From Octopus vulgaris (taxonomy: Eukaryota), in NCBI GenBank assembly GCA_951406725.2, contig OX597816.1, forward strand, positions 162,130,001 to 162,194,000: a DNA stretch of 64,000 nucleotides, given 5' to 3'. The translations under genes were made by a program, and so were the position numbers. Below the pieces are notes generated by a model. That model worked only from the letters and a program-made list of their open reading frames with translations. It searched no databases and was not told the origin of the DNA. Below, one piece after another: positions 1-14,431 of this stretch. Position 1 is the first letter of the stretch. Each line of letters starts with the position of its first letter.

Positions 1-5
1 GTCTG

Positions 6-77
<72 letters not shown>

Positions 78-587
78 CCTAACTATCTATCTATCTATTT
101 GTCTAGCTAGCTAGGACAAAATACACATACACAGTACAACGCACATTTACAATATGTCCTCCATTGTCGCTCTACCAACCTTCCCAAACGTACGTAACAT
201 ATTTAAAATACAGTACAGATGCACTCAGTCACTAATCAGTCATTCGCGTTTGGCTGGCTGACTTGTTGGCTGGCTGGTTGTGCTGACTGGCACACTATTT
301 GAGGTTGCACTGCAGGCTGGCTGTAATTTCAATAACTTCGCTGGCAGAAATATTTGAAAGATGAGAGAGAGAAAGAGAGAGATGGAGAGAGAAAGCAGGT
401 GGGAGAAAAAGAAAGAGAGAGAAATCGGTGTGATAGAGGGAGATAAACAGCTTGGCGGTGTGCGTGTGTTAGTGTCATTCGCAGAGTACATGTTTCGAAT
501 AAAGTATAAATAAGACTCATTTTATCTCTCTCCCTCTATATTTGTCTGCCTGTATATGTATCTTTCCGTATATGTGTGTCTAACTTC

Positions 588-761
<174 letters not shown>

Positions 762-815
762 GTTTAGCAGTCATTCTCATTTTATCTCTCTCTCTCTCTC
801 CCTATGAATATATAC

Positions 816-846
<31 letters not shown>

Positions 847-868
847 TGTATGTATGTATGTATGTATG

Positions 869-908
<40 letters not shown>

Positions 909-909
909 G

Positions 910-1113
910 ATATCACGGTTCACCTACCGCAGTTCAACTGTCGCGGTTCACCTATCGCGGTTTATTGTTTAAGTTTACGTCAATTCCTATGTGGTTTTTT
1001 TTTTGCATTTATAATAAAATAAATATATACAAATTATAAAAATAATTTCAAAAATACAGTACAGTACAGTTTCTACCTCGCGGATAACACGCACGATAGC
1101 CCAAAGATTACTG
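910..1113 (-). mobile_element. pogo/Tigger-like MITE, degenerate copy of the family at 33447-33664
   Basis: Reverse complement matches 33447-33664 (aaaccgcgataggtgaaccg core, aaatatatacaaattataaaaataat, gattactg terminus followed by TA). Confidence 0.7.
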
Positions 1114-1127
1114 TATATGTATGTGTG

Positions 1128-1159
<32 letters not shown>

Positions 1160-1161
<2 letters not shown>

Positions 1162-1710
1162 TTGAGGGAATATTAATTGATAAAAGGTGGGTTTTTTCTA
1201 ATTTATATATAGGATTGTGGTACAACAGTACACTAATATTTACTGGAAATATCAGTCGATAATATACGACGCTATAGTAAAGCTTCACTGTATACATATA
1301 CTGGCAAAAATATTTGCGGGCGGCGAACATAAAAAATTCCATCGTACCTGTAGGAAGAACTACCCAGATGAGGATAATCTAGGACCTAAGTTTCTAGCTT
1401 TCTAAATTACGATTGTCAACGTAAATTTGAGCAGTTCACCTCGGCTTGATTCGCTTAGACAAAATTTCAAATGTTGCTACATCAATGCCATTATACTCGT
1501 CTGAACGCCTTAGGGGTAACAGACGGAGAGCAGTGAAAAAGTTTTCAAAGAAAGAATTATTAAATAGTGCAATACAGAAGTATTGCTTCCCAGTGAAACA
1601 AAGTACCATCAAGTTAAAGCATAAATATAGGATAGTGGTACAACAATACACCAAAATTTACTGGAAATAGCAGTCGATAATATAAGACGCTATAGTAAAG
1701 CTTCATCCAT
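1160..1710 (-). mobile_element. Penelope-like pLTR / retrozyme-like unit with partial tandem repeat
   Basis: An ~80-bp direct repeat (1208-1288 vs 1626-1705, period ~418) encloses a degenerate hammerhead-like motif; the unit starts next to an (AAT)n/(TA)n tract. Confidence 0.45.
1376..1451 (-). ncRNA. Degenerate minimal hammerhead-like motif
   Basis: Minus strand: aatcaag-CCGAGGT...GAAAC-TTAG-GTC-ctagatt. Stem I has 6/7 pairs; the core differs from CUGANGA at 2 positions. Confidence 0.35.
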
Positions 1711-1903
1711 GAATGATCAAATGTTTTGTGCAAAGTAGAGTACAAAGCTAAGTGAGGTGTGTTAGGTTCATGCTTTTGCCAACGCGACTAAGAACTGAAT
1801 CTGAGTTCTAAGTTAAGATTTTAGTTTATCTTGGTTTTGCCATCTACTACTAAGTTAGCTGTTGTCAATTAGTTATAAAGTTTACTTGATGTCGATCATC
1901 GTC

Positions 1904-1905
1904 AC

Positions 1906-1962
<57 letters not shown>

Positions 1963-2870
1963 TTACTTTTAATCTGCCTGTTTTTTACAGTCACTTGCCG
2001 AGATGCACCCAGCGTCCTAGGGCGAGAGAAGGATAAGAGATGCTACAGTATGACTGAAAGTTTGGGGAGGTGAAATGGCAGGAACAGTAGCGAAACATCT
2101 TCATGCAATACAACACAGACGTTTAAACTGATAAGGTTTTTCTAAGAATGTAGGCAGTATTTGTTGGCACAATCTTTTCTGAGACATGGTTCTCCCGGAA
2201 TCTTATCCAGTTATTTCCGACATCCCTTTCTTATCATACCTAGGGCACCCACAATAGCAGGAACAGTTCTCTCTTTAAAGATGCCACATCTTCCGTCTTT
2301 CAATTTACAGGTCCTTATTTACTTAATTTGTCAAATTCCTTTACAGATATATTTTTATCAGTGGGAACATTTACATCAATTAGTCTACAAGTATTTTATT
2401 CTCTGTCTTTAATGACTATATCTGATCGATTAGCCTGGATCATTATGTCGGTGTTCACTGGAAAATTATTATTATCATCGTCATCATTCTTTAATATGTT
2501 GGCCTGGTAGCTCCTTGTAGGTAGGCATTGATCTTGGGCTGCTACGATAAACCCTTCTGTTTCTGATTTTAAGCCAGACGACACTAACCATTGACATGTA
2601 AGGACTTTTGTCAACATCAGCATTATTATCTCCCTTTGGGTATTTGCAATCGTAACGTTTTTCTTGCCATTTTTATAAGTAAGAATATCTAAGGCAGCAG
2701 TTTTAGCACAGGTTTTCATACGCTTAGCATTTTCTGTGCTTGTTTCTAGTACGTCTAATTCTGGAATTTGCTGTATTTGGAATTCTCCGAGATATTTCTT
2801 TGTCTGCTTTGTTACTGAGTATGAGGCTGTCTTGTTTTCATGCATTGAGACAAGTTTTAACATCTTAATG
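1904..2870 (-). mobile_element. R4/Dong-type non-LTR retrotransposon 3' remnant (RLE endonuclease pseudogene)
   Basis: Minus-strand translation [34 protein letters not shown]...RSDIVIKD...CRLIDVNVPTDKNISVKEFDKLSK...VPAIVGALGMIRKG...KIVPTNTAYILRKTLS, with stops and frameshifts; ends in an (AAT)n tail at 1904-1958. Confidence 0.9.
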
Positions 2871-2949
2871 CAGAAGGGGAAACAGATTTGTCACAATCGA
2901 AGTTAGATTCGACATTGAAGAAAGAGCCAAAGTTCTTACAATGTGAAAA

Positions 2950-3150
2950 CTTACTGATGATCCCTACATACCTTAGTCGTAGGGTCACAAAAATAAAAAT
3001 AAAAAATATGCCCCCGGAGATAGAAATAAAATGGCTTCTGTCTGCAATTTGTTATGACATCGAGGACGAAATCCATATCTTGGAAATCGCTATCCTGGAC
3101 CAGCAAAACTGGACCTTCAAATGGAGAAGAACTGGGGCGAGATAACGACA
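2950..3150 (+). pseudogene. Possible LINE ORF1-like fragment
   Basis: Non-repetitive open stretch PTYLSRRVTKIKIKNMPPEIEIKWLLSAICYDIEDEIHILEI between two LINE relics; no diagnostic motif. Confidence 0.2.
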
Positions 3151-3179
3151 AGAGTGACCACTCCAACATGTTTCTACTG

Positions 3180-3790
3180 CACTTCTGCTGAACTGATTGA
3201 TATTTTTTAGCTCAGGATAAACCCTTTTTACACTTGGAATTTTTCTCTGAGAAACAGTTCTTATGTTCGTTATGCTTTCTACCCATGAGAAGCCTCTTTT
3301 AGCTTTACGACTGTTATCGTTGAACCACTCCTGATGCTTTCGAACGGGGCAATTTCAAGGATTGTAGTATACGTTGCTTGTTTTTCCTCAATTCTTCAAA
3401 ATTTTCCACTCTTTTACATTTAACAGCGTTTCATCTAATTTATCTGAGAGCTCACGATTCTTATCCTAAACTTGAGTGACTTGACATTTATATGTCTAGA
3501 AGCTTTGGTATTTTGATGTTCTTTTCCTTAAATTCTGAAATACTTTGCTGCACAACAAAATTGATCCGACAGTCAACAAGTGGATACAACATCTTTTTTT
3601 ATCCCTCTTGCTGGTGAATTTATAATCAATTAAATAGCAATCCTTTCAGACAGACAGCAATAATTTATCGTGATTCTTTGGTGTCTACAACGGTGTGTTT
3701 GTGACAGAAAGGTCAGGTTCATTACAAAACAACAGCAGACGTAAACCATTGCTATTCGTTTTGCCCATAAGTACAGTACGAGTTTATTGA
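3180..3790 (-). mobile_element. RTE (BovB-like) LINE fragment, APE endonuclease end and linker
   Basis: Minus-strand translation MGKTNSNGLRLLLFCNEPDLSVTNT and KHQEWFNDN, typical of RTE ORF2; heavily disrupted. Confidence 0.7.
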
Positions 3791-3954
3791 AATTAATTAA
3801 AATATATAAATGTTTTAGAAAGTGCATTAAACATATAATTGAACTGAAATGCTTCGGATGTATTTTGTCTGAATCCTTCGACGTGCATTAGATTTGTTTA
3901 ACTCCATTCGATGAAGCTAAGTCAACCAATTTATTGGAAGCCCGCATACTTAGG

Positions 3955-3989
<35 letters not shown>

Positions 3990-3991
<2 letters not shown>

Positions 3992-4304
3992 TCTGTAGAT
4001 GCACCGCTATCCTGGAAGCTGCTCCAGAATGATGCAGCTTCAACTCATCCAATTTTACATGTGGAAAAATGCAAAAGCTGCAGGAAAAATAACATTGTTA
4101 TACGAATTTCCATTCAAACACCCCATTGAGCTCACAAAAATCGATGCCACCTGAGCATTATCGTGTTTTCGAAAGCTTCTGGCGTTATTTGAACTTCAAG
4201 ACATGTGATCTAGCTATGTATTAAAAATCATTAAAATCGGTTGGACGGTCTGGGAGGCGTTAGAGTAACCCCAAATACACAGAGACGGGCACCATTACAC
4301 ATTT
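3990..4304 (-). repeat. Duplicate of the Helitron 5' part (copy of 7075-7381)
   Basis: Near-identical to 7075-7381 (gatctgtagatgcaccgctatcctggaag...gggcaccattacacattt), flanked on both sides by (TA)n. Confidence 0.9.
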
Positions 4305-4306
4305 AT

Positions 4307-4377
<71 letters not shown>

Positions 4378-4381
<4 letters not shown>

Positions 4382-5039
4382 AGTAATGAGAGAGTCCACA
4401 TGTGGTCACTCTAACGCTAGATATAGATCCACAAAGGGAATCCACCACTAAAGAATTGTTCTCAAGAATTAGTTCAACGCGCCAAGAATGTAAGCGAGCC
4501 GAACAAATGAAAAATAACGAAAAAATAGATTAACTCTGTACAATTGTTTCACCGTTAATAGATTGTGTAATTTTACTTATATAATCATTTTCAGATCTTC
4601 AGTAGAGTATATCAAAAAAATATATTTTGATGAGTCGAACAAAGACGAATGGCACAGCCGATTATATCTGCAGTTACGCTCAAATATCCTCATTCTCGCA
4701 CGCTAAACCCGGATGTAAATACTACCCCAGTAATTTACTGCCGGTTTGAGAACATATTAATTTATAATTAAAATCAAAATAAGGGTGAAAAAAATTGAAT
4801 ATTAATTAATAACATCAATTTAAAACACCAAGTGGCCTAGCGTATAAAAACTAGGATACAGTAAAAATTATTAATACAAGTAATGAGAGAGTGTCCACAT
4901 GTGGTCACTCTAACGCTAGATATAGATCCACGAAGGGAATCCACCACTAAAGAATTGTTCCCAAGAATTAGTTCAACGCGCCAAGAATTATAAATTAATA
5001 TGTTCTCAAACCGGCAGTGAATTACTGGGGTAGTATTTA
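4378..5039 (-). mobile_element. Penelope-like pLTR unit with partial tandem and inverted repeats
   Basis: Direct repeat 4378-4490 vs 4876-4988; ~53-bp inverted repeat 4717-4769 vs 4986-5039; internal hammerhead; related to 8236-9215. Confidence 0.7.
4533..4608 (-). ncRNA. Minimal type I hammerhead ribozyme motif
   Basis: Minus strand: actcta-CTGAAGA-tctg...cgg-t-GAAAC-AATT-GTA-cagagt. Intact core, palindromic stem III ACAATTGT, GUA cleavage triplet, stem I 5/6 pairs. Confidence 0.75.
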
Positions 5040-5444
5040 TCTTTTACTCTTTTACTTGTTTCAGTCATTTGACTGCGGCCATGCTGGAGGACCGCCTTTA
5101 GTCGAGCAAATCGACCCTGGGACTTATTCTTTGTAAGCCCAGTACTTATTCTATCGATCTCTTTTGCCGAACCGCTAAGTGACGGGGACGTAAACACACC
5201 AGCAATGCTAGGGGGACAAGCACACACACACACAAACACACACACATACACACACACACATATATATATATACATATATACGACAGGCTTCTTTCAGTTT
5301 CCGTCAACCAAATCCACTCACAAGGCATTGGTCGGCCCGGGGCTATAGCAGAAGACACTTGCTCAAGATGCCACGCAGTGGGACTGAACCCGGAACCATG
5401 TGGTTGGTTGGCAAGCTACTTACCACACAGCCACTCCTGCGCCT
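5040..5444 (-). mobile_element. tRNA-derived SINE family B, full length
   Basis: Reverse complement of 33874-34291: A/B-box head aggcgcaggagtggctgtgtggtaag...ggttcagtccc, internal (TA/TG)n, tail aaacaagtaaaagagtaaaag. Confidence 0.9.
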
Positions 5445-5569
5445 ATATATATACATATACATAAATATATGTGCATGTGTATATACATGCATATATATAC
5501 ACGCATATACATATACCTATATAGATATATATATGTATGCTTATATGTGCCTGTGTATATATATACTTG

Positions 5570-5875
5570 TTTTTACGTATTATTATTATTGTTTTTTCAT
5601 ATTATTTTTGTATTCATATTTGTGTAACATCGTCCGTTTTTCTGTCCTTGTTTTGTATACATTCGAAGCTTTCTTCCAAGGAATCTAATGCGCTTAGCTT
5701 AGTTTTTCCTTGGGGCTGGCCAGATTGGTGCAATCTCAAGATTAATAGAGCCGAAATTGCGAGGATGATCCGGTTCTTGACTGAAGATTGAAGGCTTCGA
5801 ATGTCTCTTTCTTTTTTTTTTGTATCATCTTCTAAATGTTTTGCGTTCTCGTCCCAGTTTGTATTTTTTTATACA
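5570..5875 (+). repeat. Interspersed repeat family C (also 28940-29092 minus and 41415-41550 plus)
   Basis: Shared ctcaagattaat..gccgaaattgcgaggatgatccggttcttgac.gaagatt.gaggcttcgaatg...gcgttct.gtccc; copies lie in or next to (TA)n. Confidence 0.7.
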
Positions 5876-5916
5876 TATATATATATACTAGCTGTCAGAC
5901 TCGGCGTTGCTCGTGT

Positions 5917-6224
5917 TTTCTTATTTGTGTCTCTCCTTACAAACAGTCAGCTGACAGTTAGTAAGGAGAGACACAAAGCAATATATATATATAATGCCTT
6001 GTGAGTGGATTTGGTAGACGGAAACTGAAAGAGGCCTGTCGTATATATGTATATATATGTATGTATGTGTATGTATATGTTTGTGTGTCTGTGTTTGTCC
6101 CTCTAGCATTGCTTGACAACCGATGCTGGTGTGTTTACGTCCCCGTCACTTAGCGGTTCGGCAAAAGAGACCGATAGAATAAGTACTGGGGTTGCAAAGA
6201 ATAAGTCCCGGGGTCGATTTTCTC
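5917..6224 (+). repeat. Direct duplicate of 7818-8126 (palindrome plus family B SINE body)
   Basis: Near-identical over ~305 bp, including the non-SINE palindrome and the same junction into the SINE. Confidence 0.9.
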
Positions 6225-6659
6225 TGACCTTGTATTGAAATCTTCTACGTTCCCCGTATTAACTGTTACCCATTAAGATGTTATATCTGGTTCGGCAGGC
6301 TGTTGCAGGATAGATGTGTGACAGGCGGAGGAAAAGTGGTCAGAGCAGGCAACGGAGTTTTGTTGACGGAGCGGAGTTGTTGTAGCCGACGATGACATGT
6401 TCAATGGTGCAGCGAAATGAGGCTGAAGTAAAAAATGAAGACTTTAAGAACGTGTTTTGAGAAAATGAGTTCACATTTGTAAAGAGGTACTTACAGTGGA
6501 GTCATGAGGCGGCTAGCTCCGAAAATATCTTCTTCAAGGGAGGATTGGAGACTCGACTGTAGTTTTTGATCTTGTTTGATAAAATTCAGTCTTGTGAAGC
6601 CTTTTGGTGGACGACATTTTTGTCTTTCCGTCTTGGGTGTAGGTGAAAAGGTTTTGAGA

Positions 6660-7125
6660 ATTGCCAACTCTTGTGCATCATAGAAGGCAGGATCATTGAG
6701 GTTAAGTCCAACTACCTCCAATGACTGGCCTTGTGCTTTATTTATGGTCATGGTGAAACTGAGTTTGGCTGGAAATTGTAGCCGCTTGAAATCCACAGCT
6801 GAGTCAGATGGAATGAGAGGAATTATAGGGATAAAAACAGTATCTCCACTTGACTTTCCTGTTAGAATAGTTGCCTTAATGACTTTCGGCATCAACCATT
6901 TGATGATTAGTCGCGTGCCATTACAAAGAATGGGCAGATCCAAATTCCTCAACAGCATAACTGGAGCGCCTATCTAGCTGCAAATCATGTGGTGGTGGAC
7001 CTAATGGTGCCAAAGTGTTCAATGCTTTAACAACATATTCCGCAGCATCAGCAATGTTGACTACGGTGCCAATCGATCTGTAGATGCACCGCTATCCTGG
7101 AAGCTGCTCCAGAATGATGCAGCTT
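6660..7125 (-). pseudogene. Helitron RepHel PIF1-family helicase C-terminal fragment
   Basis: ILEQLPG*..YRSIGTV...LNTLAPLGPPPHDL..IGAPVMLLRNLDLPILCNGTRLII...VIKATILTG...VFIPIIPLIPSD...FKRLQFPAKLSFTMTINKAQGQSL; contains a stop and frameshifts. Confidence 0.93.
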
Positions 7126-7383
7126 CAACTCATCCAATTTTACATGTGGAAAAATGCAGGAAAAATAACATTGTTATACGAATTTCCATTCAAACACCCC
7201 ATTGAGCTCACAAAAATCGATGCCAGCTGAGCATTATCGTGTTTTCGAAAGCTTCTGGCGTTATTTGAACTTCAGGACATGTGATCTAGCTATGTACCAA
7301 AAATCATTAAAATCGGTTGGACGGTCTGGGAGGAGTTAGAGTAACCCCAAATACACAGAGACGGGCACCATTACACATTTACA

Positions 7384-7463
<80 letters not shown>

Positions 7464-7472
7464 CGTACATAC

Positions 7473-7521
<49 letters not shown>

Positions 7522-7534
7522 GTACATACATATG

Positions 7535-7583
<49 letters not shown>

Positions 7584-7762
7584 ACGTTTATATATTTGTT
7601 GTGCAAGATTTTTTATGTGAAGTCGTGTGTTGAAACAGATATTGTTATATTTCGGAATGGTCATTTTGCCAGTTTAGCCAATAAAAACACACGCACTATA
7701 TATTTGGTGTTATTTTGCTTCAGTGTTATTTAATTTTTACATTAATCTTAATCTTATTTCGG

Positions 7763-7802
7763 CCAGAGTTCTTTCGTCACACTCCTGTGACCGCATCAGT
7801 GG
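7763..7802 (-). ncRNA. Minimal hammerhead-like motif (A9 variant)
   Basis: cca-CTGATGCG-gtcac-aggagt-gtgac-GAAAG-AA-CTC-tgg; perfect 5-bp stem II and 3-bp stem I. Confidence 0.55.
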
Positions 7803-7896
7803 TACTTTGTTTTCTCCTTTCTTATTTGTGACTCTCCTTACAAACCGTCAGCTGACGGTTAGTAAGGATAGACACAAACAATATATATATATATAA

Positions 7897-8199
7897 TGCC
7901 TTGTGAGTGGATTTGGTAGACGGAAACTGAAAGAAGCCTGTCGTATATATGTATATATATGTATGTATGTGTATGTATATGTTTGTGTGTCTGTGTTTGT
8001 CCCTCTAGCATTGCTTGACAACCGATGCTGGTGTGTTTACGTCCCCGCCACTTAGCGGTTCGGCAAAAGAGATCGATAGAATAAGTACTGGGGTTACAAA
8101 GAATAAGTCCCGGGGTCGATTTTCTCGACTAAAGGCGGTCCTCCAGCATGGCCGCAGTCAAATGACTGAAACAAGTAAAAGAGTAAAAGAGTAAAAGAG

Positions 8200-8200
<1 letters not shown>
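7897..8200 (+). mobile_element. SINE family B, 5'-truncated
   Basis: gccttgtgagtggatttggtagacgg...gactgaaacaag(taaaagag)n tail. Confidence 0.9.
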
Positions 8201-8238
<38 letters not shown>

Positions 8239-8474
8239 TAAATAATGAGGGTAGAAAATAATATTTATTAATTAATATCAATTTAAAGCAGTGGCCTAGC
8301 ATACTTAAAAAATCCGAAGATTAAGAAAATTATATTACGTACATATATAGGAGGAATAACTACCAAGGTGAATTCCTAAGAAGAAGACGCTAAATCGTAT
8401 TACCACGAAGAATGTGTTCTCAAGAAATTTCAGCAAACTCCAGAATGTAAAATAAGAAAGAAGAAAACAAAGGA

Positions 8475-8514
8475 CCACTGATGCGGTCACAGGAGTGTGA
8501 CGAAAGAACTCTTG
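8475..8514 (+). ncRNA. Minimal hammerhead-like motif, inverted copy of 7763-7802
   Basis: cca-CTGATGCG-gtcac-aggagt-gtgac-GAAAG-AA-CTC-ttg. Confidence 0.5.
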
Positions 8515-9010
8515 CAGAAATAAGATTAAGATTAATGTAAAAAAGAACTCTGCAGTTAATAAATTTCCGCAGCAAATTTACCTGTTAGAAAACATGGTTA
8601 TTTAGAAGTTAAATAATGAGGGTAGAAATAAATATTAATTTCTTAATATCAATTTAAACCAGTGGCCTAGCATACTTAAAATAATCCGAAGAATAAGAAA
8701 ATTATATTACATGCTTATATAAGAGGAATAAACACCAATGAGCATTCCTAATATACTAGAAGAAGCCGCTTAATCGTCTTACCACGAAGAATGTATTCTC
8801 AAGATATTTCAGCAAACGCCAGAATGTAAAACCAGCAAGACAAATGAAAAAATATAAAATTTGGCAATAAACTACATACCTAGGTTTCACTTTTAATTGA
8901 AGGCATTTGAAATATACCCTCAAATATAAGTGGCCGAACTTTATACACCATTTTTTTTCGGGATGACGTCTTTTGTCTAGTTCTGCGAATTAGGTTTTCC
9001 GTGCGACGAC

Positions 9011-9071
9011 TAAACTGAAGAACTGCAGACATTTACATTCGTAAACGTTAACAGCGAAATCTAGGTACGTA
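9011..9071 (+). ncRNA. Degenerate minimal hammerhead motif
   Basis: taaa-CTGAAGA-actg...cagc-GAAAT-CTAG-GTA-cgta. A related half motif GAAACCTAGGTA is on the minus strand at ~8878-8889. Confidence 0.55.
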
Positions 9072-9314
9072 TTTTATCGCCCAATTTTGTATCTTTTCAT
9101 TTACCTTCCTCGTTTTACATTCTGGCGTGTGCTGAAGATTCTTGAGAACACATTCTTTGTAGTAAGACGATTTAGCGTCTTCTAGCATATTAGGAATCCA
9201 CCTTGGTGGTTATTCCTCTGATATATATATAGGGGACAAACACACACTGACAAATACATACATATACATACATACATACACACACACACAAACACACACA
9301 CATACACACACATA

Positions 9315-9350
<36 letters not shown>

Positions 9351-9419
9351 TGTATGTATGTATGTATGTATGTATGTATGCATGTATGTATGTATGTATG
9401 TATGTATGTATGTATGTAT

Positions 9420-9659
9420 GTATGTATGCATATGAATGTATTTGTCAGTCTGTGTTTGTCCCCTACCACCGCTTGACAACCGATGTTGGTGTGTTTACGT
9501 CCCCGTAATAGGGTAGTTCGACAAAAGAGACCAATAGAATGAGTGCTAGGCTTAGAAAGAACAACTCCTGCGGACGATTTGTTCGACTAAAAGCGATGCT
9601 TCAGCATGGCCGCAGTCAAATGACTGAAACAAGTAAAAGAAAAGAATAAAAGAATAAAT

Positions 9660-9660
<1 letters not shown>
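9420..9660 (+). mobile_element. SINE family B, 3' half
   Basis: tgtgtttgtccc...cgcttgacaaccgatg...cagcatggccgcagtcaaatgactgaaacaagtaaaag. Confidence 0.85.
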
Positions 9661-13230
<3,570 letters not shown>

Positions 13231-13504
13231 TATTGATGTTATACATAATGTCAATTTTTTACAATATCAGTAAATCGATCAGCTTATTGTTGTCGTTAAA
13301 CATATGCATATAAAATTATTCCACCGCCATCACTACCTACATTCCTTTACAGTCTCTCTCAGACATTTTCACTTTCAATGTTTTCATAGTGTATATTACA
13401 AATAAATTTATTAACATTAACAAAACATAGCAAATTTATGTTACTACTGGTTCTGCTCCTAATTCTACTACAACTACTATACTAGGAACTAGAAATAATA
13501 ATAA

Positions 13505-13720
13505 TGGCTTCAAATTATGGTGCAAGGCCGGAAAGTTCAGGGGAGAGGTAAATGAATTACATCGATTCCAGTACTCATCTGGTACTCTATTTATCTCGCG
13601 CCGAAGGAATGAAAGGCAAAGTCCACCGGGGCGAATTCGATCTCAGAACGTGAAGGACCTCCTACAGCACTTCCTTTGTCGTCAAGCATTATGTCCGGCG
13701 TGCTGACGATTCGGCTACAA
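13505..13720 (-). mobile_element. SINE-like family D, degenerate
   Basis: ctggtactctattt...gaatgaaaggcaaagtc...ctcagaacg is the reverse complement of the family D core. Confidence 0.7.
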
Positions 13721-13857
13721 GTGCCCAAGACATGGAGGACAATATCGAAGGACAAGTTACAACACACACAAAAAAAAAATTTACAAAATCATGTGGGGTT
13801 ACCATAGACATTAAGGGATATAACAGAGGATATATAATAGAAGGTAGCTCTTTGCCC

Positions 13858-14075
13858 TTTTGCTCTTTTACTTGTTTCAGTCATTTGACAGTGGCCATGC
13901 TGGAGCACCGCCTTTAGTCGAGCAAATCGACCGCAGGAAATATCCTTTGTAAGCCTAGTAGTTAATTTATCGGTATATTTTCCCGAACTGCTAAGTTACG
14001 GGGACGTAAATACACCAACATCTGTTGTCAGGCAATGTTGGGGGGACGAACACAGACACACAAACATATAAACAC
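13858..14075 (-). mobile_element. SINE family B, 3' half
   Basis: cttttacttgtttcagtcatttgac.gtggccatgctggagcaccg... Confidence 0.85.
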
Positions 14076-14077
14076 AC

Positions 14078-14196
14078 GTACATTTTCCAAGCTCCATCAT
14101 CGCCTATGGAATGAAAAGAGCATCAAACTTGACACTAAGGTACAAGTCTATAAAGCGGTCATTCTTACTACTCTCTTGTATTCCTCGGAATCGTGT
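14078..14196 (+). pseudogene. RTE LINE fragment from the region after the RT domain
   Basis: TFSKLHHRLWNEKSIKLDTKVQVYKAVILTTLLYSSES matches the RTE pattern L..RLW....I...TK..VY.AV.L..LLY..E.W. Confidence 0.8.
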
Positions 14197-14297
14197 CGAA
14201 ACCATAATGATATCCGCAGGGCAGCTGATGATGCAGGTATGTTGGATTGTTGGTATGGCTGTTTTTGTATATGTGGAATAGTATTATAACATCCTTT

Positions 14298-14368
<71 letters not shown>

Positions 14369-14431
14369 ATTTATATTCTTTAACAGATCATCCCAGCCGT
14401 TGGTCATTTGTTCTATATGTGTGTGTATATA

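Larger units (their letters stand above)
5888..7385 (-). mobile_element. Internally deleted Helitron with PIF1 helicase remnant
   Basis: Minus-strand 3' terminus: degenerate hairpin (cgagcaacgccgag), then CTAG (5891-5888), then T. The helicase remnant is on the same strand; the 5' end lies in a CA/TA microsatellite. Confidence 0.85.
8236..9215. mobile_element. Cluster of Penelope-like pLTR fragments, tandem and inverted
   Basis: 8236-8455 resembles 8607-8830; 9113-9215 is an inverted copy; 8462-8545 is an inverted copy of 7735-7815; contains hammerhead motifs. Confidence 0.7.

Noticed and set aside
5775-5810. CTGAAGA...GAAT hammerhead candidate in family C
   Set aside because: It lacks GAAA and a credible stem III.
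6491-6958. Host PIF1 gene
   Set aside because: It is intronless, disrupted and truncated, and lies within Helitron termini.
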